Shown here piece by piece: positions 37,278 to 51,697 of a stretch of DNA of 64,000 nt; the first letter of the stretch is position 1; every line of letters begins with the position of its first letter. The translations under genes were made by a program, and so were the position numbers. Below the pieces are notes generated by a model, which was not told where the DNA came from, searched no databases, and saw only the letters and a program-made list of their open reading frames with translations. This DNA is from Octopus bimaculoides (lineage: Eukaryota): NCBI RefSeq assembly GCF_001194135.2, contig NC_068990.1:19334606-19398605 (forward strand). Reading direction: 5' to 3'.

Positions 37278-38233
37278 NNNNNNNNNNNNNNNNNNNNNNN
37301 NNNNNNNNNNNNNNNNNNNNNNNNNNNNNNNNNNNNNNNNNNNNNNNNNNNNNNNNNNNNNNNNNNNNNNNNNNNNNNNNNNNNNNNNNNNNNNNNNNNN
37401 NNNNNNNNNNNNNNNNNNNNNNNNNNNNNNNNNNNNNNNNNNNNNNNNNNNNNNNNNNNNNNNNNNNNNNNNNNNNNNNNNNNNNNNNNNNNNNNNNNNN
37501 NNNNNNNNNNNNNNNNNNNNNNNNNNNNNNNNNNNNNNNNNNNNNNNNNNNNNNNNNNNNNNNNNNNNNNNNNNNNNNNNNNNNNNNNNNNNNNNNNNNN
37601 NNNNNNNNNNNNNNNNNNNNNNNNNNNNNNNNNNNNNNNNNNNNNNNNNNNNNNNNNNNNNNNNNNNNNNNNNNNNNNNNNNNNNNNNNNNNNNNNNNNN
37701 NNNNNNNNNNNNNNNNNNNNNNNNNNNNNNNNNNNNNNNNNNNNNNNNNNNNNNNNNNNNNNNNNNNNNNNNNNNNNNNNNNNNNNNNNNNNNNNNNNNN
37801 NNNNNNNNNNNNNNNNNNNNNNNNNNNNNNNNNNNNNNNNNNNNNNNNNNNNNNNNNNNNNNNNNNNNNNNNNNNNNNNNNNNNNNNNNNNNNNNNNNNN
37901 NNNNNNNNNNNNNNNNNNNNNNNNNNNNNNNNNNNNNNNNNNNNNNNNNNNNNNNNNNNNNNNNNNNNNNNNNNNNNNNNNNNNNNNNNNNNNNNNNNNN
38001 NNNNNNNNNNNNNNNNNNNNNNNNNNNNNNNNNNNNNNNNNNNNNNNNNNNNNNNNNNNNNNNNNNNNNNNNNNNNNNNNNNNNNNNNNNNNNNNNNNNN
38101 NNNNNNNNNNNNNNNNNNNNNNNNNNNNNNNNNNNNNNNNNNNNNNNNNNNNNNNNNNNNNNNNNNNNNNNNNNNNNNNNNNNNNNNNNNNNNNNNNNNN
38201 NNNNNNNNNNNNNNNNNNNNNNNNNNNNNNNNN

Positions 38234-38279
<46 letters not shown>

Positions 38280-39540
38280 GGGTATAAGGATGAAGAAAGA
38301 TTGTGATATTTCTTAAACGCAGAAATAGACAGCCTAACACATTCAGTGCATCTCTCTATAGTTTCTGCAATTACTCTGAAGATAACACTCCTAATTAACA
38401 TTAATTCCAATAAGAATACCGGTTTCTACTAACTACGCAAGTTAACATTTATTGAAGGGGTGTAGTCGATTGACTCGATTGCAGTGAATTTAATGATCCT
38501 TGTTTCCTTCAGAAAAGTACAAAAGGGAAAATCGAATCTTGTATAATTTGAAGAGAAAGCCTAAATGTTCAGTAAGACCAGCACTAAACCAATGCTAATG
38601 TCCAATACTGCTATTATAATCAACATCAAATAATAAGGCTTAAACTCTGAAAGATGCCTTTCCATAATAATAAGCAGAGCAAATGAAATGACATATTATA
38701 ATCAAATGTTATACAGAAATCATGCGAAGTCGAAAATGTGTAAATCAACAACGACATCTAAATTGAAATGGGTAAGAATTTGGCAATGAGAAGAGAGAAA
38801 GCAAGTTACCAAGAATAAATGGACCCATATCGATCGCTTCATCTCACATCTCAGGAGACGAGGGAACATTATTAGTAGTACATTGGTGTCAGAAAAAATT
38901 GATTATTCGTTACTGAAAAGAAATGTGATTGTCCCTTGTACCAAAAAAAAAAAAAAAAAAATTAAAGCACAATACGAATATTAATCTCAATAGTGCATCG
39001 ATGATCTTTTTCTTTTAATTCGTAACAAGGTTGAATGTACAGGGCTGCTAGTTTATATTAGTGGCACAAGGACAAATGAAAATCAGTCTGGTTTGATATG
39101 AAATGAGAATGTGATAGAGGATCCCAAACGTGGTAGGCAATTAATCCTGCATTTTAGCGTACTTACAGGGCCCAATTTTGAAAAACAAAAATTGTTCGCA
39201 ATAACAAAATATCTTCCACACAAAATGTAAGAAAGATTGCTACTGGCTAAAACTAATGAACGTAGTCGAAACTACCTATTTATCGGCTGTCATTAACAAT
39301 GAATCTTGTTCTTATTTCTTAAACATTCATGTTAATACATGCAAGTGGGTAGTCATTTTGAGAAAGGAAAGGAAAACATACTTTGTATACAATTGGTACT
39401 GAACCAAAAGGGAATGGATTTGTAAAACATGACAAGAATTCTCCAGGGACTGAATTTTAAAGCGTAGGCGAAAAATTGGATGTTTTACAGCCAATAAAAC
39501 ATTTCTATTGAATTAACACCCGTCCAACGTATGATAATAT

Positions 39541-39564
39541 CTCTCTCTCTCTCTCTCTCTCTCG

Positions 39565-39618
<54 letters not shown>
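39541..39618. repeat. (CT)n microsatellite
   Basis: Direct reading. Confidence 0.95.
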
Positions 39619-41119
39619 TTTCCTCCTTTCATTTTTTTTGTTATTTCCCCCCTTCTCTGTTTTTCTTTGTTTCTTTTGCTTTCTTCTACTAACATCTCAC
39701 TCCTCTACATTATTACAGAAATGTATTATGACCCCCGTCAAATAATCTCTAATGAAACAATGTTATTAAATTATAACAGCAACAAAATATTCCTTTCTCA
39801 CCGTCTTTGATTAGATAACATTTAAAAATTCAAATCAAAGAAATTTTGAATTTGCATTGGAATTTTCTTAATTGTATAAACCCTGAATAGTCGACATGAG
39901 TTTAATTCTCTCTGTGTTCAGTTTTTGTTTTTGTCCATTTTGAATACTTTAATCCATCTCAGTGTAATTGTGACGGGAACAGTTCGTCGCTCTGAACAAC
40001 GTATGTAATATGAAGTTGTCTCGTTGACTTGCTATGTTCCATCTGATTCATCTTCTTTTTACAGGGAGTACCTCACCGCCTTTGTTATCTTCTCTACATT
40101 AATAGCACTTATTTTCCTTTCCGTTGATCATCAAATGTCGGCTTATTAAGTCAAGTCTCTGACAAATCACACATTAATACGAGTAGAGATAATAAGAAAT
40201 TTATTGATTCAGTTCAACTGAGAATTAATGTTTATGAAAGGGTTCTCAATAGAATGCATACACATTTCTAAACGCTTTGACTAACTCCTCGAGTCCATAT
40301 TTCTAGATAGATTTAGTTGTCGAAGGCATGGAATATAATACTTTCGAAGTGACTATAATTATAGAAATACCAGTAGAGGTTGCAACCCATCAACGTGATC
40401 AGAATTACACACTTTTGTTGTAACCTTAAGTAGAATTATAACGCTGAAGAAAATGGCATTGTATACGATGTATGTAACACATAAACAGTTATCGACCAAT
40501 TCTTACATATAAATAATACTACTGTGATTTTTGTAAGCCACTGAGAAGTAGAATAAACAGAAAATTCTATTGATAATTTGATCTCGTCTCTATAGTTGAA
40601 GTACTTGTGAATGTATTTGATATAACTCTAACAATAGATTACAAGAGAAGTGTGATAATGTTAGTGAAACGAAGTATACAAAAATTAAATAGATTTTTGC
40701 ATTCGATACCTGAAACAACAGACGATCAGAATGATATTGGTATGACTACGTACGTTCTATATTACAATGAACTGAAATTTAATATATTTTTAAAGAATAC
40801 CTAATGATAAAAATCAAGTTGATAATGAAATTCGGTTACAACTTACTTTTTCGAAGATTGCCTTCGATATATTAGAGAGATTACAGATTAAGTTCAGTGC
40901 ACAAGCCCACTTTCCGTCTGTCTCATTCGATCACTTTCTCTCTCTCTCTCTCTTTTATCTCTCCCCACCACTCTGTCGCTTTCTCCCTGCATGAGGTACA
41001 TATAGGCATATTCGTAAATCATTTATCATTATTGTACACACACACACACACACGTTCACACACACATATATATATATAGAAAGAGAGAGAGATTCAACAA
41101 CATCTAGACACATCCACAG

Positions 41120-41166
41120 GCATAATGCAAGAACTGGCTTGGTATGATAACATAGTTCATAGACAG
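41120..41166 (+). CDS. Candidate coding exon (47 nt, phase 1 to phase 0)
   Basis: CATCCACAG|GC-IMQELAWYDNIVHRQ|GTAAGT: perfect donor, weak pyrimidine tract, single open frame. Confidence 0.22.
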
Positions 41167-41729
41167 GTAAGTGAGGGAAACAACAATGATGGTATCAAGT
41201 GTTGGAAAGATACTGCAAGATATATGTTACAAAGTTAACTTGAGTGGCAAATCGATAATGATTTCCCTGTATGGTCACACAGTCATACTCACGAGGTATT
41301 TCATTGCAGTCCGTCTGGCGTTGAGCTGTCATTTTGAAAATAGATGAAAATATGAATTTGTGGATACATGTGTTGGATCAGTCAAAGTCTAACCTACGTT
41401 CAGATCCATCGGCTATGAACATTGTTTTTCATATGTCGGCGTCCGTAAAGAAAATGCCAGCCCAAGTTAATAAATTGGCGGAAACTTTAGAGCAACAGTG
41501 GGGGTTTGTAGCTTAATAACAATATATTTTCATTCTGACGACAAGGTTTGCAATATCGTGGGTCCAAGAAGTATTAGCCTTCCCTTTCTGCTTAGCGATA
41601 TCGGTAGCACAATAATATCGAAATGGGAAAATTGAAGGTAACCATTAGTTTTTTAAAATATTCCGCGCCAAGGATGGGTCTGAGTATATAAGGTTCAATA
41701 TGCAGACACTCATTTCCTTTATAGATATC

Positions 41730-41765
<36 letters not shown>

Positions 41766-42096
41766 GACACGCATCCACACATGCACACACATGCGCACAC
41801 ATACACACAAAATACATAAAGATATATACATATACATAAATAATATAAATATATATATTTATATTTATGCGTTTGTGTGTATCTATCTATCTACCTATCT
41901 ATCTATCAAATATATTTGTATTTTGTCCCCTCTGTGTTGAGCCCTGTGTGGCTAATAAAGAAACCTATCTATCAAATATATATATATATATGTATTTATA
42001 TATATACATGTATTATATATATATTATATGTATACAAACATATATAGATATATCTGTATATTCAGACACAAACACACGCATACACAGATATATGCC

Positions 42097-42131
<35 letters not shown>

Positions 42132-42235
42132 GGAGTGAGAGAGAAGTATATGCATATGTATATATCAATTGTGTGTGCACGGGAGAGGCATCGGTACTTC
42201 GAATCTTTAAGCATAGTATAATATTTGTGTGTGAG

Positions 42236-42275
<40 letters not shown>

Positions 42276-42731
42276 TGTGTGTTTGTATTTGTGATTGTGT
42301 GTATGCGTGCTTGTGTGCGTGCGTGCTAGTGTGTGTGCGGGCTCGCATGCGTGTATACGTGTGTCTGTGTCAGTATATGTGTATATCTATGTATAGTTAA
42401 CTCGACAGCAATCCATTAAATCTTCCCATTTCAAGTGATATAACAGCTATTAAGATGCATTTTTTAAAATTTTATATTTCTCGCTTTAAATGCCTCATTC
42501 ACATAATATAATTAAACTTAGCGAAACAAGACGAGAAACAGCTGATATTCAGTTTCAGATATATATGTAGTGTTATATTTTAAGGTCTACGCAGTTATTT
42601 TTCATTTTGATCTATTTTAGGTTTATTCATAAAGTATTTGTTTTGCAAGGAATTAAAAGCAAGATAAATTTCATCTTAAATTCTCTCCATGCATATAATG
42701 AATCATTAGAGCATCTGTCTGATTGAGTTGC

Positions 42732-42738
42732 TATCTAG

Positions 42739-42813
<75 letters not shown>

Positions 42814-42814
42814 C
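42732..42814. repeat. (CTAT)n tetranucleotide microsatellite
   Basis: Direct reading. Confidence 0.97.
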
Positions 42815-43497
42815 CCACCCATAGAGACATACAGACAGACAGCAATCTGTTTAACTGTATTTCTACCAATCTTTGTGTGTGTGTGTATATATATATATGN
42901 NNNNNNNNNNNNNNNNNNNNNNNNNNNNNNNNNNNNNNNNNNNNNNNNNNNNNNNNNNNNNNNNNNNNNNNNNNNNNNNNNNNNNNNNNNNNNNNNNNNN
43001 NNNNNNNNNNNNNNNNNNNNNNNNNNNNNNNNNNNNNNNNNNNNNNNNNNNNNNNNNNNNNNNNNNNNNNNNNNNNNNNNNNNNNNNNNNNNNNNNNNNN
43101 NNNNNNNNNNNNNNNNNNNNNNNNNNNNNNNNNNNNNNNNNNNNNNNNNNNNNNNNNNNNNNNNNNNNNNNNNNNNNNNNNNNNNNNNNNNNNNNNNNNN
43201 NNNNNNNNNNNNNNNNNNNNNNNNNNNNNNNNNNNNNNNNNNNNNNNNNNNNNNNNNNNNNNNNNNNNNNNNNNNNNNNNNNNNNNNNNNNNNNNNNNNN
43301 NNNNNNNNNNNNNNNNNNNNNNNNNNNNNNNNNNNNNNNNNNNNNNNNNNNNNNNNNNNNNNNNNNNNNNNNNNNNNNNNNNNNNNNNNNNNNNNNNNNN
43401 NNNNNNNNNNNNNNNNNNNNNNNNNNNNNNNNNNNNNNNNNNNNNNNNNNNNNNNNNNNNNNNNNNNNNNNNNNNNNNNNNNNNNNNNNNNNNNNNN

Positions 43498-43804
43498 TAA
43501 GCCTAGTCCTTATTCTATCTCCTCCTATTGCCAAATTTCTATGTTGCAGGGAGGTTAACACACCAACATCGGACGCCAAGCGATGGTGGAGGACAAACAC
43601 AAACATACACACACACATATTTATACATATGTATATAAATAAACAGACTTCTTTCATTTTCCGTCTACCAAATCCACACAAAAAGCTTTGGTCGGCCCGA
43701 GGCTATAGCGGAAATCACTTGCCCAAGGTGACACGCAGTGGGACTGAACCCGGAACCATGTGGTTGGTAAGCAAGCTACTTCCCACACAGGCACTCCTGC
43801 ACCT
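43498..43804 (-). mobile_element. SINE family A
   Basis: Reverse complement of the head (CCACACAGGCACTCCTGCACCT; GGGACTGAACCCGG), ACTTGCCCAAGGT and the 3' module; it runs into the gap. Confidence 0.9.
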
Positions 43805-44681
43805 ACATAATAATATACGCAAATCCATCTGTCCCTCTGTCTACTTATCTATCTGCCTACCTATCAATCAGTCCATCTATCTCTTCTCTCTTTTAAGCAC
43901 TCCCTCACACACACACACTCCTTCTTTCCCTCTCTTTATATATAATACAATACGAGGAATAAGTTTAGCGCATCTGTATTATTAGTTACAATTGTTACGG
44001 TATTATTTTTATTCTATTCCAAAAGATATAGTGCGTAAATGATTCCCTGTGAAAACTTTAAAGTTATAACTAATTTAATCAATTATAATTTGCTTTTGCT
44101 TATTTTCAGAGAAACCTTTCTTGCTGTTCTTTATATTTTCTCTATTTTTCCCCCGCCGAAAGCAATCATTTTAGACGCCGTGGATATAATATTGTGTTTC
44201 ATCTGACAATCATTTTATCAAAGTCATCATACCCAGTTCTAATAATTTTGTAACAGAATAAACCAAATTAATTTCAGTAAAGGTTAATCTCCTGATTCGT
44301 TGACTTATCTCCTGCGATCATTATAGTATACTGTGTTATTTTTACTTGTTTATCTTAAATTCAGTCGGAAATGAAATATGGCTACCCTGCAGTTAAGTTG
44401 GTCTGGTGCACATTGCAATACAATGGCATTAATCCCTTTCAAAATGATTGATTATTTTTGCTTAACTGGTAACATTTCGTAATTTTTTTACTATGAATTT
44501 ATGTAATATGAATCGCATATTCCAATACAATGTTTTGGCACATCGATATGGTTCCCACGTCATGGATATTTCTTCAGTTCTTAGTCATTTAGCATTAGGC
44601 ATACATACATGCATTAATACATAAGTACATAAATACACAAATATGTGAGTGTGTATGGGTGTGATTAAATTTATTTATATA

Positions 44682-44795
44682 TGCGCCGACGTGGCTGTTC
44701 GATAAGAATCTTGGGCCAATATCTGCTACTATAGTCTCGGGCCCACCAAAGCCTTGTGAGTGGATTTAGTGGACGGAAAATGAAAACTCGTTGGA
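44682..44795 (+). mobile_element. SINE family A fragment with internal deletion
   Basis: GTGGCTGTTCGATAAG joined to TTGGGCCAATATCTGCTACTATAG...AAAGCCTTGTGAGTGGATTT. Confidence 0.7.
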
Positions 44796-47700
44796 GACAT
44801 ACAAGATTTCACTGTATTAAGTCAGTTTTGTCAAATCATAGTCGATTTGTTCGAAACATAAAAACCCTAGTCGGTTATACGAATAGTAAGTCATAGGCAA
44901 ACACCCTGTAATGAATAACAGTTTTCTGACCTATATATCCTAGATATAACCTATTTCCAGTTATCTTCTTATTGTGTCTCCCGTGTATTTACACACAATC
45001 AGCTGCTATCGTGAGAAACTATGTTGCAGAGTCAGGCTAGTAGAACTTTTGCTTAAATTGAAGACTAAGTCACTCTGTGCATCGTATTATGTACCTTCGA
45101 ATTGAATGTACGTATAATTCATAAACTATTTACCATCCTTTTACTACCTCTCTCCGTCTCTGACTCTCTCTCGTTCTCTCTATTTATGTATATGTGTTTG
45201 GTTGCGGGCGCGTTTGTTATTTTTAAAACATCTTATGGCGATAAAACTAACATTTTGTGAGCTAATCCGATTTAAATATTTTAACTTAATTGTCACGCAT
45301 ACTCTACAGATTTGATAATATGTGTTATTATATAGGTTTCAGATTTTGTGTGACATCGGTCCATCCTGGTAAGTGCTGACAGAACTCCCTCTTCTTTGCT
45401 TAGTTTCGTCTTTTTTTTACTGAGAACTTTAACAGAAAAGACTCTTACAGTGTATATCACTATCCTTCACTCATCTCTTTTATCCAATAGTCATATACAT
45501 GCGACGTAGACACATAATCGAATCCTTCAAAAAATTTATTGATAAAGGCACCAATTCTGTTTTTAAATGGTCTTAGGGCAATATCACTTTCGTAAAATGA
45601 TACCATTCCTGTATATATGATGTATATCCTGTATATATCAACCCATCCAACATAATCACTGTACATAGAATCTTCATGAATGCTACATATATCACGAATC
45701 GCCATTTCGTTCCTAGCGACCAAAAATCTAAACACGAAGGAATCATAATAAATGAATTTCTTATTTGGTGATAGAAACAACTTCATCTTCCAGTTTTCAC
45801 TAATACCTTTATAGAGCAGATGTAAGTTCTACAATGAAAATATTCTGCCACATCTTGGAAGTAATTCTGCTACATATACTAAGATATCTACAATAAAGAT
45901 TGCATATCTGACAGACATAAAGTCGTCACCCAGCATACTCCAACATCTGGCCCACAAGAGTCCTGGATCCTCCCTGTCCTTTCAATAGCTTCTACGCTAG
46001 ACGGCGAGCTCCCGTTGTGTCATTGGGATGCATGTATACGTAACTCAGACATTTTGTCTCGTCACCATATATGCTGTCTACAGGAGGAGCACCCATTAAT
46101 GATAGACAGCCTTTCAGCTTGACAACCTCGGCTCACTAGCTTTTACTTCCTGTCCATATTTTGTCCACACTCGTCGACTTGCCGCTGTGAAAGGGTAGCA
46201 TTGACTCTGTCGATTTCGCTTTATGATGGAAAAGTTTGCGAAAGGCTTGTGTTCAAAGCGTCCTTCAGACCAGTCTAATAGACACATATATATTTTATAT
46301 AAGCATTTCTGTGTGTAGTAATGTACACAAAATAAACATCAAAAGTATACATGCTATATACATTTAAGAAGTTATTGGGTATCTGATGCAATTACTCATG
46401 ATTTGAAAACCTATTTTCCTACTGTAAGACGGTATTTTTTATTAAAAAGTAAAATATCTCTGAGAGTAGTTTACTGTTAGTAAAAGGAAGTCACTCAATC
46501 ACTACATTTCATTTACATAAACAATTTCGTTACTTTTCCATTGAAAGAAATAATTTATTCTATCAAACAGTAAACAAAGCGAAAAGCTAAGATGAAACGT
46601 ATCTCATCAATTGTTTGTCTTCCTCCATCTCATAATGGGTTTCCTAAGCATAAAACATGAAGTACACTTCCCAGCATTCCCTGGTCTTCGTAACATGAAC
46701 CAACATCGAATATAAAGAAAACACTTAATCAAAGCCCATACTCAGCATGTGTATATAATGAATTATTGGTACTCTTGATGAAAACACTTTTATTTAGTTG
46801 TCCAAAAAGTGTACATAACTTTTCAATGTTAATTCACTTCTCTACTCTCCGTTACACCCCTCCCCACTTCTTTCTTCCTTTCTTTTAGTATCTCATCATT
46901 TTTTTTTCGTTTAGTTCCATTACTTAGATTCATTATTTCACAGCCAAAATTCCCTTCCAGGTGTTGTGGATAGCGTACCTGCACAAAAATGTAGAAGTAT
47001 GCGCACGTATTGTTTGATAGTTATTTAGCTATATTTTCTGTGAACATTTCAGTTACTTTTTTCTTATTTTGTTCTTTTCTTAATTATTTTTTCGTCTTTC
47101 GAGAGTGATTTCAGAATTTCTTTTCCATATAATACATTAGGATAGGCATTCACAAAGAAAATATATTATGGCGTAGATAAAATGCTTGCCAAAAATGACA
47201 ACATCATGCCTGCCATTTTAGATTCAACTCAGTGTTTTCATATATAATGCTATTCTTTAGAACTAGACTGAAAAATAGACTAAGAGCACAATACTACAAG
47301 AATTTCGAAACATACATAAAATAAATATGAATAAGTTTAACTAGTAACATTTCTCCAATAGAGCGGCATTGTATGAACACATGTCTAAATATTCTGGAAT
47401 TCATTCAAGTAATGTACCATAAATAATGACGCGGTAGACTCAATTCTAAGGATGATGTCTTCATTGACAGAATTGATTGGGTCGACCGCATATAGAACCA
47501 GTAGTTATTTCAGATCGAGGACAATGCTCCAAAAATATTAGGACTACTCAGAAGTACGACCGCAATATTATTGCGATGGTTCTTATATGGATATGGGTTA
47601 CTTCATGAATGCGGTAATTTTAATGAAGCAAATATAACAAAATAGAACTATTTGAGACCTAGGCATTCAGTAAAAGCAACAAATGAGCTAACACCGACAC

Positions 47701-47807
47701 GATTATATAGTCAAACTGGCATATAACAAATTAGCTTTCTTTGCACAAGCACATACACTCATATATGTGAGTGTAAGCTGCACTGATGTATCTACGTATG
47801 TATATGC

Positions 47808-47848
<41 letters not shown>

Positions 47849-47851
47849 ACG

Positions 47852-47884
<33 letters not shown>

Positions 47885-48879
47885 GCACACACACACACAC
47901 ACACACACATACACATATATATGTATGTATAAATACACACAGATATATATTCCTTGGTGTGTATATGTTAATATGCAACAATTACAGAAAGCGTAATAAA
48001 TCTGAGAGTTAAATGTACCACTGTATATAAGCTATGCCTATTATCTAAGATTTCTGTCATAGAAGCTTTATCACAGTATATTACTTATATGCATAAATCC
48101 CTCCATCCATCCAGACATACATATATACATACATATATACATTCATACATACATATATATGAAATCACACACATATATAAATATAAACGCAGGTATGCGT
48201 GTGTCTATGTGTATGTGTATACTTGTATGTGAAACGAGTTGAAAAATATTCGATTGGCAGTGAACGTGTTTGTATGTGCTTAAATCTAGTGTTATAGTAA
48301 ACAGATCGGTATCATTAATATGATACTAATGCTTATGTTGAAATCGAATTCCTAATATCTATTAAATCTTTTCTAATCTCTGCATGAACAGAAGCTGTCT
48401 TTCCTGTTTCTCATTTTCTCAGAAAACATTCAGCGACAGAAACAGTAGCCTCTACCTGAAGAAATACTGTTTAGAGTACTTTGTCTCACCAGTGTTGTAA
48501 CATGGAAGTGTATATTATATCCTCTAGCTATTTTGTTAGGAAAATAAAGAAATTACCACTGATATATTGAAAGACCGACTTTAATAGCATGTAGTCATCT
48601 TTAGTTTAAAGGACAGAGGAAAGAAAATTTATTGACTGTCTTGAAAATGAAGTAAACGCAATTGGAGAGATACTATCTATCCAAATAACAATGCCGACAA
48701 TGGTATTCCAGATGTGCCTTACGAATTTCATGTGACTAACTTAGTTAGTTTATCATTAATATAAAGTTCAATAATAATAGAGTTCAATTGAAGTTGGATG
48801 TAGAAGGTTTGTTGGACACAGTGTGAAACGACTGTTGCTATTGTTAGGCCTAACTCATCGTAAAGTAAATACCACCATG

Positions 48880-48962
48880 GCCGATATCCAAACTACAGTG
48901 GAGATGGCTAGCCACTGGATTTAGTTAAAAAGAGACGATGAGCGATGGTTAGAGAAATATTG
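48880..48962 (+). mobile_element. Short RTE-like LINE relic
   Basis: With one frameshift: KLQWRW/ASHWI*LKRDDERWLEK, cf. RTE KLKWRWAGHxxRxxDxRW. Confidence 0.4.
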
Positions 48963-51697
48963 AGCTTTTTATTTTTTATATAACCAGTTGATCTAGCAAG
49001 CGGGGCCTCATATCAGTGAGTGGGGCCGGTGTGCATTGATGCCTTCGAGAGGTAGGCCCCTGAACGGCGTGCATTCTCTCCTGATGACCCCATACACTTG
49101 CTGGCTTCCGGTATGCGGAGTTCTCGACTGGTAGCATTTGCATGTGTTAGTTGTTTGCAAGACAGCTAACTCGATTTTCAGATTTTATTTATTTCTGCTG
49201 GAAATCTTTCATGCTCCTGAAAACCAACGTCCTACAAGGCTCTAATACCTTTGCCGAATAGATGCATTGTCAGCTCATTGCCCTGTATGCAAATTACAGG
49301 GACCTGTTCGGATGTACCTGTTTTCGAATATCCGTATATTAGTCAATAATTTCTCTGCTGACCAAAAATAGGTGTTCTTTTACTTATGAAGATTTCGCAA
49401 GACTTGAAACTGGTCGTATCGATTCCACCTTATCTACACAAACAGAAATCAGATTCGTTGTGGAACCGCTTTATTGACTTTTCACATGAAAGCTGAAATT
49501 CTGTGTGTATTAAAATGTTATATCGTATATTCCCATTCAGTGCATGCTTTCCCTGTTCTTCTAGATTAATGTTCCTAGCATACATATTTCACTGCCAACA
49601 CCTCTGTCTATCAAATTTTCTTCTAAATCCTTACAATTAAGAATATTAAGATAGCGATCTCTAAAAATTACTACAACAATTACATTATCACATTCATATT
49701 TGTATATTCCACTCAGACAACACATTCTTCCCCTACACCACCGGATTGTTAATACGAAACTGTTAAACTCTTAACTGAACAGTTATTCATAGGAAAATGA
49801 TATGAACGCATGTTTTCTAATCTGTTTTGCTAATTTAATACTTGATGGCAAATCCTTTTGTGTTGAAATATTGACAGAGCTAATTGTGTATTGTTATATA
49901 GAGATTTACCACCATAATTATTATTCTTTGTTTGAGACTTCATTCCGAATGCAGGCTTCAACAAACATGAAGACAACAGAATATTTAAAAAAATAGGATA
50001 AACAAAAAATACATCGAAAGCTTTGCATTGAAAATATTGTTCATAAAATTATAAAAGAATTTTTAATTGTTTGTATTGCAATTAGCAAATATTCAATGCG
50101 CATATATTGTCTTCGACATTCCTATTTTATCAGATGTTATTAATTTTTGCTTTGTAATTCTAAACAATACAACATCCAAAATAATATAGCATTTGCGAGG
50201 TTTCATATGATTTTATTGAGAGAATAAATAAAGAAATAAGACGAAATCGAATAAATCATATTGCAATGAAGATCTATAAGAAATTTATTGGATTTTAGAC
50301 AAATCACCTAATTATTGTTTTCGGCGGAATTTCCTATTCTATTGTAAGTTAAAAGCTGCAGTTAATCAACAAGTAAATGTGGTGGAATGTTGACCGCGGT
50401 TAATAAACTTGTCAATAGTGCATAATCCTATTCAAGGTTAGACACTATCAAGTTACATAATCCACGTTGCGGTAACATCATCGCATGCGATTATATAGTT
50501 CACTAATACTAGAGATGAATTTTACTTCGATATATAATGGCCTTTGTTATTCTGAAACTTTCGTAGAATGCACTGCACTGACCTAATGAGTTATGAAATA
50601 CGTTATTAGCTAACTAGACTGTCCTAAAAGTTAGGTAGTGCAATGGAAAACTTCTAAAATTTGAGAAAATGTTGGATTTCATTGATATGAGATGCTACAA
50701 GGATGTTCTGATGAGAGACACGGTCGCAGAATTTGTTGATGTTGGGAATAATAGCATGGATTTCAGGTGAGATGTTTTTCTAAGACCGGCGAAGTAAGTC
50801 TTAGTCGTTCTCGCCACATCGGAAAAAAAAGAGATTAAAGAATTGTGTTATATAATTGTGTCGTATCCTGTGTGTGGATAAACATATATCCTATATCAGA
50901 TGGCAAATAGACCGTTCATACTTTCATGACACAGTAGTGTATATTTTTATACATTTGGCGCTTTACTTATACATAGGGAAATCTTGCAGAGATTCGTCTG
51001 AATACAAACTGATACTTGGTTTCATATCCTATTACATTTTTATTAATTACAGAAAAAAATCGTTAGATATAATGTAAAAAATGTGTGCGTTTTCCAGTTT
51101 ATTTTAAATACGACATATCAAAAGCAATATACATATATACATTGATATAACTAATCTTAGCTATACATCTTTTCCCGAAATATCTAATACACATATCTAC
51201 AAACTTCTTGGTTAATTATGTCACGTTGTTTAACCGTATAGAGAATAGAATGGTAGATTTGGCTTAGCGAAAATTTAAACTCGATGAACAATTTCTATGA
51301 ACTCATTTGCATAACATATTATGACAAGTCAGTTTGTTTTATATCTTTTAAAAAATACCTAAAATATGTACCAACAAATAACACATAACAAATTTAAGAG
51401 ATTTACAATGTATTTCGTTTTCTTTTACGCGTGAAGTCTTATTTAAACACTAAATGATTGGTCATTAAATATTCTGCACAGATACAGCAAAGAGCATCAG
51501 TAAAGGCGAGTAAAATTTTGATATGAGCATTTAAATCAAAAATAATTACATCATAGACAACAGCACTTGCTGCTGTGAAATGTTGAAATGCAGTTTATGT
51601 TAAAGTTGGTGTGTTTGAATTATTCATTGAGTTTTAATCCTAATCACATGCGAAGAACATTTTTTTTTTCTTAGATTCTATTCAATGGTCTTTTGAT

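Noticed and set aside
40047-40150. Strong acceptor followed by a TM-like frame EYLTAFVIFSTLIALIFLSV
   Set aside because: There is no good donor before the stop, and hydrophobic frames arise trivially from T-rich sequence.
45910-46270. GC-richer block with GKST-like peptide on the minus strand
   Set aside because: Stops follow immediately, there is no complete Walker A context, and it cannot be assigned.
50669-50766. ATG-initiated exon candidate MLDFIDMRCYKDVLMRDTVAEFVDVGNNSMDF|GTGAGA
   Set aside because: I found no recognisable homology and no phase-2 downstream partner.
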